Source: a virus (taxonomy: Duplodnaviria > Caudoviricetes). Taken from it: a stretch of 52,412 nucleotides of DNA. Shown here piece after piece: positions 34,869 through 42,810 of this stretch. The translations under genes were made by a program, and so were the position numbers. Numbering within the stretch: the stretch's first letter is position 1; every line of letters starts with the position of its first letter. The notes under the pieces are model-generated. The model saw only the letters and a list, made by a program, of their open reading frames with translations. It was not told the origin of the DNA and did not search any database. The stretch spans positions 1-52,412 of IMG/VR virus record IMGVR_UViG_3300033145_001015; one strand, given 5' to 3'.

Positions 34869-35030
34869 ATGGCACAAAACACGAAACAACCAACTGAAAA
34901 GCGGTGCCGGCAGTGCAAGCGGTTATTGCCTGCCGCGGCGTTTACCCGTAACCCATCGAGCCGGGATGGGCTAAATCGAAAATGTACGCGATGTAATTTT
35001 GCAAAAACCAGATTACTGCATGAGGAGTAA
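34869..35030 (+). CDS. Stand-alone zinc-finger protein (53 aa)
   Basis: KRCRQCKRLLPAAAFTRNPSSRDGLNRKCTRC; read manually. Confidence 0.55.
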   Translation: MAQNTKQPTEKRCRQCKRLLPAAAFTRNPSSRDGLNRKCTRCNFAKTRLLHEE

Positions 35031-35034
35031 CATT

Positions 35035-35190
35035 ATGACAACGAAGGAGGAGTTATTAGTCATAGCCCGTCGTTTCGTGGCGGCTTTTTCGGAGAACTGT
35101 GTTGCCCAGTTGGGTAACGGAGAAGCTAGAAGGGCTTATGAAGATTTCAGTAAGCTGTTGACACAACTAGATAGAAAGGCGAACCAATGA
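35035..35190 (+). CDS. Hypothetical protein
   Basis: GAGGAG SD before ATG 35035; ATGA overlap with the next gene. Confidence 0.55.
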   Translation: MTTKEELLVIARRFVAAFSENCVAQLGNGEARRAYEDFSKLLTQLDRKANQ

Positions 35191-35375
35191 AACGATATGA
35201 GCTATTCGGTATTAAGTGGGACTTAGACCCCGGCGACAACGGGGCCGGTTTGCCAGGGCGAATAGTTGTCAACGTCGATCCCGATGATACCTTCGATCCC
35301 GAATACGACGCCGCCAGCTACCTCTCCGACAATTATGACTACTGTGTTTTGGGGTGTTCATTTAGGGAAATATAA
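35187..35375 (+). CDS. Small acidic hypothetical protein
   Basis: IKWD...LP...YLSDNYDYCV pattern of phage early proteins. Confidence 0.6.
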   Translation: MKRYELFGIKWDLDPGDNGAGLPGRIVVNVDPDDTFDPEYDAASYLSDNYDYCVLGCSFREI

Positions 35376-35382
35376 TTTTCAC

Positions 35383-35410
35383 TTGACAACGCAAAATTGT
35401 AATGTATTAT
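35383..35410 (+). promoter_or_regulatory. Early-type promoter (16-bp spacer)
   Basis: TTGACA-16 bp-TATTAT. Confidence 0.6.
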
Positions 35411-35537
35411 TGAGTAGAAAGGCAGGTAAAAGCAATGAAACATTATAAGCCCTCTCCGAAAATCTCTGATAAACTGGCAACGTTTATTAATCGGCGAATT
35501 AACGACGCCAAGAAAAAGCATAAGGCCAAGAGGGCCA

Positions 35538-35732
35538 GTGAAAAAGGGTAAAACTATGGAAACTGTACAATACACTCCGGCAGCATGGCGGGAATTAGCC
35601 GAATGGAATCCAGGGCTTATAGTTCATTCCCGTGAAGTGAAGATACAAGAGTTTTCCGATGGCAATTCGGCAGCTTATGCCGAACAAGAGCTGGCAAGAG
35701 TGGAAACTTTATTGAAGGAGATTCTAGAATGA
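35538..35732 (+). CDS. Hypothetical protein
   Basis: ORF with ATGA overlap to the next gene. Confidence 0.5.
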   Translation: MKKGKTMETVQYTPAAWRELAEWNPGLIVHSREVKIQEFSDGNSAAYAEQELARVETLLKEILE

Positions 35733-36031
35733 AACGATTCGATGAGTTGACGGTAGACCAGCAAGAGCGGGCGTTTAATGTCCACTTAACCTCACTTCTG
35801 AATGGAATTATCGAGGGTGCAATACGTTTCGATGATAAATCGAATAACGATAACCTCCAGGGGCGAATTGACGCAGCTATCGCAAAGGCGAAAAGTATGC
35901 GAACCCCGTGGTTTGCTCACGAGTATATTATGGATACTTGTGATGGATATATTCGCGGCATGGCACAATGTGATGTTGAAGGTAGCTTGTATCCAGAACC
36001 CTATGAAAGAATTATAGAGGGGATTGCATAA
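35729..36031 (+). CDS. Hypothetical phage early protein
   Basis: FDELTxDQQERA N-terminal motif; coupled overlaps at both ends. Confidence 0.65.
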   Translation: MKRFDELTVDQQERAFNVHLTSLLNGIIEGAIRFDDKSNNDNLQGRIDAAIAKAKSMRTPWFAHEYIMDTCDGYIRGMAQCDVEGSLYPEPYERIIEGIA

Positions 36032-36669
36032 TGACGCAGCTTAAATTACTAGAAACGAACCCATGCTCCCGCTCTCGTATTGAACGGCTAGAGAATATAG
36101 CAGAAGCTATGGGCTATGACATCCAGTATGCGGAGGGGTGTGCCGAACCCGGTTACGACGACAAGCCGGTGGTGCTAGGCAACTGGAATGAACGGTATGA
36201 TAGGGTCGGGAAAATTACCGACAATACCATGCCCCGCCTCGCCCGTTTATTCGAGAAACTAGGCTATGCCGTCGAGTGGGAGGACGAATGGATAATTTGT
36301 GGCGGGTGTAATAAGATAATACGGTCGCAAGGCAATTCGTATTCGTGGCGGCAGTATTTCTGGCTGAATCCTGATGAGTGCGATGTTTCCTGCGGTAATT
36401 GCGTCAAGGATGATCCGGCTGACTACCTAAAGCATCTTTCCGGCAACTGGAGAAATTGCGACACTATTGGCCTAGACTTGTCGAAGCATGGGTATGCGAT
36501 GCACGAGGAGGGTTTCGAGGCGGGCTGGTATGATCGGCATGACGAACCGGAGGAAGTAGCCGACACATTGTACGTTATGGGAATAACGGACTTCATTTTC
36601 AAGCTGGACTATCAGGGACAGTTTGCCCTTGGATTTTCGGTTTGGACGAAGGAGAAAATATCGTGTTGA
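36031..36669 (+). CDS. Hypothetical acidic zinc-binding protein
   Basis: EPGY...GNWN...EWEDEW, CGGC and CGNC pairs. Confidence 0.7.
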   Translation: MTQLKLLETNPCSRSRIERLENIAEAMGYDIQYAEGCAEPGYDDKPVVLGNWNERYDRVGKITDNTMPRLARLFEKLGYAVEWEDEWIICGGCNKIIRSQGNSYSWRQYFWLNPDECDVSCGNCVKDDPADYLKHLSGNWRNCDTIGLDLSKHGYAMHEEGFEAGWYDRHDEPEEVADTLYVMGITDFIFKLDYQGQFALGFSVWTKEKISC

Positions 36670-36739
36670 CTGGAATTGAGATTGTACTATTCGCATGTGT
36701 TGTTGCGTCAGTTAGTTGGGACATTTTCCGAAACGAAAC

Positions 36740-36767
36740 TTGACAATCGAGAAAAACATGGTAGACT
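36740..36767 (+). promoter_or_regulatory. Early-type promoter (16-bp spacer)
   Basis: TTGACA-16 bp-TAGACT. Confidence 0.6.
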
Positions 36768-36842
36768 CAATAATAGCGTCTATTGCATTGGTTTTTGCTA
36801 TCACCTTACAATGGTTCACAATTTACCGATAGGAGGTGAAAC

Positions 36843-37169
36843 TTGATTAAGTGTACTTTGATCGTTCCCGTGACGTACAATGATGGAACGCCAGTGTCTA
36901 CGCGGAAATTAAAGGGTTACTGTTACACCGTGACTGAATTGTCTGGCGGTTGTACTATTTCCAAGACTCTCGGTTTATTTTGCATGGCTGACGGCGAATA
37001 TAAATCAGAACGTGGAGTTGCATTTAGTATTGTCTGTAATTTAGACAGGCTACAGAAACTCCGTGATTTTGCTTGGCGGATAGCCTGCGAATTGAATCAA
37101 GAGTCGGTTTATCTCGACTGGCAGGATATAAATGTAGAGTTTGTCACGCAGAATAAGAGAGAAGCATGA
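36843..37169 (+). CDS. Hypothetical protein, possible PII/GlnB-like fold
   Basis: VPVTYNDG...GGCT...G-x-F...LNQESVYL pattern; TTG start after AGGAGGT. Confidence 0.55.
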   Translation: MIKCTLIVPVTYNDGTPVSTRKLKGYCYTVTELSGGCTISKTLGLFCMADGEYKSERGVAFSIVCNLDRLQKLRDFAWRIACELNQESVYLDWQDINVEFVTQNKREA

Positions 37170-37462
37170 GCAACCAAATTAACGTATATTGCAATATCTG
37201 TTTGGCACCAATGACAACTGATTGTGATGTCAGGGGGCATAACTTCTGTTGTGCGACATGCCGTGATTGTGGGATGAGAAAACGCAACGCAGAAGCAATG
37301 CGACATTTTGCCGCGTTCATTCCAAGCGGTCGGGTGCCCGTTGCCCTACGTATGGCAATAGCCCAGCCGCCGCTGCCCGTTAGAACAGTAAGGCAAAGTT
37401 ACCACCCCAACCATGCACTGCGGTTGCATGGCGAAAGGGCTACTACGAAACCCTCACGCTGA
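37166..37462 (+). CDS. Hypothetical Cys-rich protein
   Basis: CNIC...FCCATC; ATGA overlap. Confidence 0.5.
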   Translation: MSNQINVYCNICLAPMTTDCDVRGHNFCCATCRDCGMRKRNAEAMRHFAAFIPSGRVPVALRMAIAQPPLPVRTVRQSYHPNHALRLHGERATTKPSR

Positions 37463-37471
37463 CGGGAAAAT

Positions 37472-37681
37472 ATGAGTAATTCACAAAACATCATATCGAA
37501 CATTATAACCTTTGACCCAACAGTCCCCATTGGCGTAATGGGGAATCAGCATAAGGCGAAGTTTATTGGTGTTCTCCCACAACTGCTGGTCGAGAAACTT
37601 CGAGAATATGGTGCTAGTGTATACCGAGGGTGCCAGCTAGGTGGCGTAACAACTATTGTGACGTGGAAAGGGGAAAGATGA
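37472..37681 (+). CDS. Hypothetical protein
   Basis: ORF in co-oriented early cluster. Confidence 0.5.
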   Translation: MSNSQNIISNIITFDPTVPIGVMGNQHKAKFIGVLPQLLVEKLREYGASVYRGCQLGGVTTIVTWKGER

Positions 37682-37878
37682 TGGGGAAGATGACAAAAGA
37701 GACGTGTATAAAATACCGAATTGTGGCGAGGGACATTTACTTTACCTCAGATTGCCAAATTGACGATGACGCTAAATTAGCTGAAGTGAAGCAATTTGGG
37801 AAACGAATTGGTGCCTGGGTGGCTGCGTTCGTTTGGGTATTCAGTGAGGATATGACCGAAAGTGAGATAGTGCAATGA
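37678..37878 (+). CDS. Hypothetical protein
   Basis: IDDDA...GAWVAAFVWV motif; start re-called at the ATGA overlap. Confidence 0.6.
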   Translation: MMGKMTKETCIKYRIVARDIYFTSDCQIDDDAKLAEVKQFGKRIGAWVAAFVWVFSEDMTESEIVQ

Positions 37879-38051
37879 CGAAGAAAGACTTTGAGGTTAT
37901 CGCCGCTATTATTGCTAGAATTGAAACAAAACATATCAGGGAAGTTGTCGCGGCGAAGTTTGTCGTCGATTTTAATGACCGCTTTATGCGTTTTAAGCCA
38001 GAGATGTTTTACCGTGCTTGTGATGTCTTACCAACTAAAGGGGAAAGATGA
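37875..38051 (+). CDS. Small phage early protein (MTKKDFEVIA...RF...F-x-x-AC type)
   Basis: 58 aa read manually; ATGA overlaps at both ends. Confidence 0.65.
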   Translation: MTKKDFEVIAAIIARIETKHIREVVAAKFVVDFNDRFMRFKPEMFYRACDVLPTKGER

Positions 38052-38338
38052 TGGGTAGTTCAATTAGCAAGGTGCAATACGGCGATACCATTATTCAGAA
38101 TGGCCTGAGTGGTTTTCTGGTTTTGGCGTCGTGCGATTTCGATGATTTTCCTGTCGCTTTAGTGAACTCCCGGGAGCTTGCCATTGCAATAGCGGATGGA
38201 ATGATAAGTAGAGTTCCGCAGTATATTCAGGATATTTTCCGTATGGACGCATCGGAGCTTGCTTGTTTCAAGGTGCTGAGGTTTCAGGAAGGGCGACCTG
38301 CGGAAATTATCCACACATATACCCCGAGGGCAAAATGA
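38048..38338 (+). CDS. Hypothetical protein
   Basis: ORF with coupled overlaps. Confidence 0.55.
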   Translation: MMGSSISKVQYGDTIIQNGLSGFLVLASCDFDDFPVALVNSRELAIAIADGMISRVPQYIQDIFRMDASELACFKVLRFQEGRPAEIIHTYTPRAK

Positions 38339-38649
38339 AAAATAATAAACCACTACCTGTTGTTTTGAGAGTTTGGCTTCACGGCTACGAACGCGGCGAC
38401 GTGATGGCACTTTTCCCTACATGGGCATACGATATTTACGGGAATCATTGTGCTAGTTACGAGCATATAGGGCAACATGGGGCGGCGGATTATCACGGCT
38501 GTATTGAGTGCACCCGTCCTGCAACAGTAAAAGAAGCAAGGCCGCTCTTGGATGAATTGCTGCAAATAGGCTATGATAATCTGCGGATAGTCAAGCGAGC
38601 TACGCGGAAGATGCACGACGAGCGAATTTCTGACGCATACGAGATGTAA
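38335..38649 (+). CDS. Hypothetical phage protein
   Basis: VMALFP...SYEHIGQHG...PAT...LLDEL-x-x-IGY motif; start at the ATGA overlap. Confidence 0.65.
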   Translation: MKNNKPLPVVLRVWLHGYERGDVMALFPTWAYDIYGNHCASYEHIGQHGAADYHGCIECTRPATVKEARPLLDELLQIGYDNLRIVKRATRKMHDERISDAYEM

Positions 38650-38840
38650 TGGAAACTCCACACATGAGAACCGAACGTAAGGGCACCGCTTGGTGGATTA
38701 CGAATATCCCCGATTGCGATGATTGCGGCCCTTACGATAGGAAAGACGATGCCGAGGATGATCGAAGGGGACTCGAACGATTTTACAAATATCACGAAGA
38801 ACCAGGATTCATCACGGGGGAAAAGTGCTATGGAATATAA
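38649..38840 (+). CDS. Hypothetical protein
   Basis: WWI...CGPYD-x-K-x-x-A motif; TAATG coupling. Confidence 0.55.
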   Translation: METPHMRTERKGTAWWITNIPDCDDCGPYDRKDDAEDDRRGLERFYKYHEEPGFITGEKCYGI

Positions 38841-38979
38841 TGTAACATTCACGTTAGGCGGCTATATTACAGTAGAAGCTGAATCTGAGGAAATTGCCGA
38901 AAATCAAGTCGAGGATTTAAGCGAAAGAGAATTGGCGTGTTATTGCGAGCTTGAGATTCAATCGGTAGAGGAAGCATGA
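38830..38979 (+). CDS. Small acidic protein (VEAESEE-x-A, DpnD/PcfM-like)
   Basis: YNVT...ITVEAESEEIA; strongly acidic. Confidence 0.55.
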   Translation: MEYNVTFTLGGYITVEAESEEIAENQVEDLSERELACYCELEIQSVEEA

Positions 38980-39012
38980 CAACTAAATTCTACTGGCAAC
39001 GCAGACATTGAA

Positions 39013-39246
39013 ATGACAAACCATCGTTTTCAGATAATGTTACATGGGGGGCCATTAAATGGCATAATGCACGAGTTATGGATAGAATTATCTTGCCCTG
39101 CTGCGTTCACTTGGCTCATGCCGTCAAGGGTCGGTTTGCCTTCTGTTGGGCTTGACGGCGAAATAGAAAAGTGCCACACTATAGCATGGTACAGTATTCG
39201 TAACGGAAAAGGATATTATCAATGGACAGAGAACACAAAGAAATAA
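39013..39246 (+). CDS. Hypothetical protein
   Basis: LHGGPLNG motif. Confidence 0.5.
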   Translation: MTNHRFQIMLHGGPLNGIMHELWIELSCPAAFTWLMPSRVGLPSVGLDGEIEKCHTIAWYSIRNGKGYYQWTENTKK

Positions 39247-39917
39247 AACAAGCAATTATCTACTGCCGGTTTTCGCCGAGACCAAACGCAAAAGAGTGCG
39301 ATAGTAACAAATATCAAGCTCAGCGATGTCGTAATTTTTGTCTAATGCAGAAATATAATGTAATTCACGAGTTTGCAGATGCGGCCATTTCCGGCAAAAC
39401 ACTCGACCGCCCGCAGTTGACCGCGGCAATTACGGCCCTACGGCCCGGCTGGGTGCTGGTAGTTGATAGCCGTGACCGGCTTGCAAGGGATATGCTCGTA
39501 TCTCTCACGATCTACCAGTGGGTAAAAGAAAAGGGCGCAACTATCGAAGTAGCAGATGGTTCACCATCCAGGGAAACGCCAGAAGGAAATTTAGTGGCGA
39601 ATATCCTGGATGCAATCGCTCAGTACGACCGCGAACGCTTCGCAAGACGAACGAAGGCGGGGCTTGCGAGGAAAAAGGCGAACGGGGAATGGTTAGGCAA
39701 GCCGCCTATCGGGTGGAAATACAATGCGAGAATGAAGCGGCTTGAAAGATGTGCCGAGGAAAAATATGCAATTGAGTGTATTTTAGAGCAAACCAGAGGC
39801 GGAGCTACAGTAACTAGGATCGTTGAAATCCTGAACCATAAATACGGTTCTTGTCGCGGTAAACCGTGGTCTACTCGGACTGTTCGGCGTATTATCGCCA
39901 GAAAGAAAGAAAAATGA
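39222..39917 (+). CDS. Serine recombinase (resolvase/invertase family)
   Basis: IIYCRFS (catalytic Ser), D-x-A-I-S-G, RPQL, DRLARD, long helix RTKAGL, GKPPIGW, C-terminal WSTRTVRRI. Confidence 0.9.
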   Translation: MDREHKEIKQAIIYCRFSPRPNAKECDSNKYQAQRCRNFCLMQKYNVIHEFADAAISGKTLDRPQLTAAITALRPGWVLVVDSRDRLARDMLVSLTIYQWVKEKGATIEVADGSPSRETPEGNLVANILDAIAQYDRERFARRTKAGLARKKANGEWLGKPPIGWKYNARMKRLERCAEEKYAIECILEQTRGGATVTRIVEILNHKYGSCRGKPWSTRTVRRIIARKKEK

Positions 39918-40168
39918 CAAAAGATGATTTAGTTTGTGGACATGTTTATGAAGCTAAACGACCAAGGCAAACGTTACGTAACTTCTGTAACGATAGGATG
40001 GTTGTTTATGTAGGGGCTACTGTTGTTCAGTATGATTCCGCTGCACTTTCATCGGGTAGACGTTATCCGAGCGTGGTAATAGAGAAATTTCTCGCTTGGG
40101 TGGGTCGAGACGTTACGGACGAGACTCCCGATGGAACGTGGCGAAATTGGAATAACAGGAAAAAGTAA
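39914..40168 (+). CDS. Hypothetical phage protein
   Basis: YEAKRP...VQYDS...RYP...FLAW...DVT; ATGA overlap. Confidence 0.6.
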   Translation: MTKDDLVCGHVYEAKRPRQTLRNFCNDRMVVYVGATVVQYDSAALSSGRRYPSVVIEKFLAWVGRDVTDETPDGTWRNWNNRKK

Positions 40169-40176
40169 CTTTTTGC

Positions 40177-40204
40177 TTGACATGGCGTTCTGGCTAGGTA
40201 CAAT
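40177..40204 (+). promoter_or_regulatory. Promoter of the replication/recombination operon (16-bp spacer)
   Basis: TTGACA-16 bp-TACAAT. Confidence 0.65.
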
Positions 40205-40232
40205 AGTAGAAGTTCATTAGGACAAGGGAAAG

Positions 40233-40430
40233 ATGATGGATCGAGACATTTTTATCATAACATCGAGCGATGAACTAAATGTTGGGACCGTCGGTGAGAT
40301 TCTTTCGGAAGTAGACGATCCGCAAAGGCGATCATCGGATTTTGCCATTGCGATCCGTGACATAATCGACGAACTGGCGTTTAGTAGCGACGGCGCGGAA
40401 CAAACGAACATCACTATTGAAATAAGGTAA
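40233..40430 (+). CDS. Small acidic hypothetical protein
   Basis: First ORF after the promoter. Confidence 0.55.
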   Translation: MMDRDIFIITSSDELNVGTVGEILSEVDDPQRRSSDFAIAIRDIIDELAFSSDGAEQTNITIEIR

Positions 40431-40435
40431 AAGAC

Positions 40436-41206
40436 ATGGCATTTAATCTCGACTCTATTACGTCGGGCATTTGTGTTCGCCCTCCGCGAATTATTTTATT
40501 GGGTGAACCAAAAGTCGGCAAAAGCACGATGGCATCTCAGGCTCCCAATCCAATTTTTATCCCTATTGCGAAAGAGGATGGCTTGGATAGTATTGAGTGT
40601 GCTCAATTTCCAGTTAGCAATTCTTTTGCAGATGTTATGTCGTGTCTTGGCACACTATATACAGAAAATCACGAACACCAAACAGTAGTGATTGATTCCG
40701 CCTCTGCGTTGGAACCGCTTGTGTGGTCTGCTGTATGTCAACGAAGCGGGCCGGTTAATTCAATTGAGAAGGTCGGGGGGGGATACGGAAAAGGCTATGC
40801 TTTTGCATTAGATGAATGGAGGCAATTAGCAGAAGGGCTGGATGCCCTCAGAGATAAAAAAACAATGGCGTGTATTTTAACTGGACATACTAAAGTACGC
40901 CGTTACGATGATCCACTAGAGGGTAGTTACGACAGGCACGAGTGGGATATTCACACTAAGGCAGAAAGTTTTTTGTACCGCTGGGCTGACGCCGTGCTTT
41001 TTGCTGCTTTTAAGACCGTGGTTTTCAGGGAAGATGTTGGTTTCAATAAAGAAAAAAAGCGAGGTATTGACACATCGAGTGGACAGCGTTTCTTGTATAC
41101 GCAACGTCGTCCAGGGCATCCGGGGGGTGGAAGAGGAAGCTGGGGGAAATTACCATACGAATTGCCGTTAGATTGGAATTCGCTTGCAGGGGCATTAAAT
41201 GTATGA
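40436..41206 (+). CDS. AAA_24 / Sak4-like ATPase (single-strand annealing)
   Basis: GEPKVGKST Walker A, TVVIDS Walker B, GGYGKGY, WADAVLF. Confidence 0.88.
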   Translation: MAFNLDSITSGICVRPPRIILLGEPKVGKSTMASQAPNPIFIPIAKEDGLDSIECAQFPVSNSFADVMSCLGTLYTENHEHQTVVIDSASALEPLVWSAVCQRSGPVNSIEKVGGGYGKGYAFALDEWRQLAEGLDALRDKKTMACILTGHTKVRRYDDPLEGSYDRHEWDIHTKAESFLYRWADAVLFAAFKTVVFREDVGFNKEKKRGIDTSSGQRFLYTQRRPGHPGGGRGSWGKLPYELPLDWNSLAGALNV

Positions 41207-41588
41207 CCATAAAGTCTATATGAAACAATGGCGTATAGAAAATGCCCAAAAGTATCGTGATGGTATGCGGCAATGGAGGGAGAAAAATCGGTTTCATGTT
41301 TCACTTGAAAAATCCCGAGAACATGCCGCCAATAAGGGGCATACGGCGTGTAATGCTACTGTCGATGAATTAAGGGCTTCCTTTACTGGATATTGTGAAT
41401 TATGCGGTAAAAGTGAGCACAATAAAAAACTCCACATGGACCATGACCATAAGACAGGGAAATTCAGGGGGTGGCTCTGTAGGAAGTGCAACTCTGCTGC
41501 GGGGTATGTTAATGATTCGCCTCAAATAGCATTTGCGTTAGCGTTGTATCTTGAGCGTAATTTTAATTTCAAGAAAAAAGGTTCCTAA
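41199..41588 (+). CDS. EndoVII-type endonuclease (third paralogue)
   Basis: CELCG...DHDHKTGKFRGWLCRKCN. Confidence 0.88.
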   Translation: MYDHKVYMKQWRIENAQKYRDGMRQWREKNRFHVSLEKSREHAANKGHTACNATVDELRASFTGYCELCGKSEHNKKLHMDHDHKTGKFRGWLCRKCNSAAGYVNDSPQIAFALALYLERNFNFKKKGS

Positions 41589-42157
41589 TGAGTAGTTTAG
41601 CTGAAGTGTTTGGCAATAATGCCTTCGATGTGAATTCCGTTGAACCAACGAGCGATTTTGACGTACTGCCACCAGGGAAGTATCCAGTCTTGATCGAAAA
41701 GTCCGTAGTCAAGACGACGAAAAAAAACGACGGAGCATATCTCGAATTAACCATGACGGTACTTGAAGGCCAATTCAAGAATCGCAAGCTATGGTCCAGG
41801 ATTAACGTAGCGAATCCATCGTCAAAATGTGTGGAGATTGGCAGGAGGGAGTTGTCGGCACTCGGCAGGGCCACGGGGGTTGCTGTTGTCAATGACGAAA
41901 ATCAATTTCTCGGGAAGGCGTGCGTTGCTTCTGTGGTTGTCAAGGACAACCAAAACGTTATTAGGACGTACTCCGCTATGGTGCAACAAGCCGCGGATAC
42001 CGGGGCACCTGCTGCATACTGCGCCCCACCCGGCGGGCAAGCTGGTTGTCGTGATGTGACCCCCGCGACTGGTGGATATATCCAACCCACAACTCAGCAG
42101 CCGCAACCCACTGCTGTCGGTGCCCCGGCTACTCCCCCGCCGTGGGCTAGGAAGTGA
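41588..42157 (+). CDS. DUF669-like single-stranded DNA-binding protein
   Basis: LPPGKY...YLELT...G-x-F-K-N-R-K-L-W; low-complexity tail ending PPWARK; follows the Sak4-like gene. Confidence 0.8.
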   Translation: MSSLAEVFGNNAFDVNSVEPTSDFDVLPPGKYPVLIEKSVVKTTKKNDGAYLELTMTVLEGQFKNRKLWSRINVANPSSKCVEIGRRELSALGRATGVAVVNDENQFLGKACVASVVVKDNQNVIRTYSAMVQQAADTGAPAAYCAPPGGQAGCRDVTPATGGYIQPTTQQPQPTAVGAPATPPPWARK

Positions 42158-42408
42158 TACTCAGAATGCTTGCACCTGGAGATACTATGACATTCATACC
42201 TGATAGTGGTGTTGATATATCATATTATACAAAACATGCCACAAAACGCAAATTATACGGCGTTCAAGAATGGAATCTGCGATTCCAAAAGTGGGGCTAT
42301 ACGCGATGGTATACTTCCAGGAAAGCACAGGAACAGGCATACAACCGCCTGTCGAAATTGATTGCACTTAGTAAATTCAATACAGACAGTATCAGGAGAG
42401 TGGAATAA
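42154..42408 (+). CDS. Hypothetical protein
   Basis: GTGA/TAATG coupling to neighbours. Confidence 0.5.
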   Translation: MILRMLAPGDTMTFIPDSGVDISYYTKHATKRKLYGVQEWNLRFQKWGYTRWYTSRKAQEQAYNRLSKLIALSKFNTDSIRRVE

Positions 42409-42593
42409 TGAAGGCTACGATAATTGATGTGGATATACCGAGTAGCGACGGCAGAATTTTCGATACCGGAATAAAATTCCGTGGTTACACATTATTCCTA
42501 GAATCTACCGGGGATAATACAAGGGATCGGTATCACAAAAAACTCATAAGAGATAAATTTCAAGATTATCTCCTTAGAAAACTCGGGGCATGA
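42408..42593 (+). CDS. Hypothetical protein
   Basis: Coupled start; weakly similar to 42628-42810. Confidence 0.5.
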   Translation: MKATIIDVDIPSSDGRIFDTGIKFRGYTLFLESTGDNTRDRYHKKLIRDKFQDYLLRKLGA

Positions 42594-42627
42594 TTTAGTG
42601 TGTCATTAGTATTAGGGAAATCGGAAG

Positions 42628-42810
42628 ATGGAAATTGCAATAATTGATGTTAGCATTTCCGGTTCTTATGATTGCAGATTATTCCCGAGGGCTTACGAAA
42701 TTACCCTAATATCAGAAAGTCCCGCAAATGATCCAGCATATCACTTTCGTATTGCTACTTGCTACTCCGCTCACATTCACAACATACCATCCAGTACGCC
42801 ATGTGAATAA
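42628..42810 (+). CDS. Hypothetical protein, possible paralogue of 42408-42593
   Basis: Shared IIDVxI and Y-x-x-x-L-x-x-ES...YH features; overlaps the next gene by 83 nt. Confidence 0.35.
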   Translation: MEIAIIDVSISGSYDCRLFPRAYEITLISESPANDPAYHFRIATCYSAHIHNIPSSTPCE

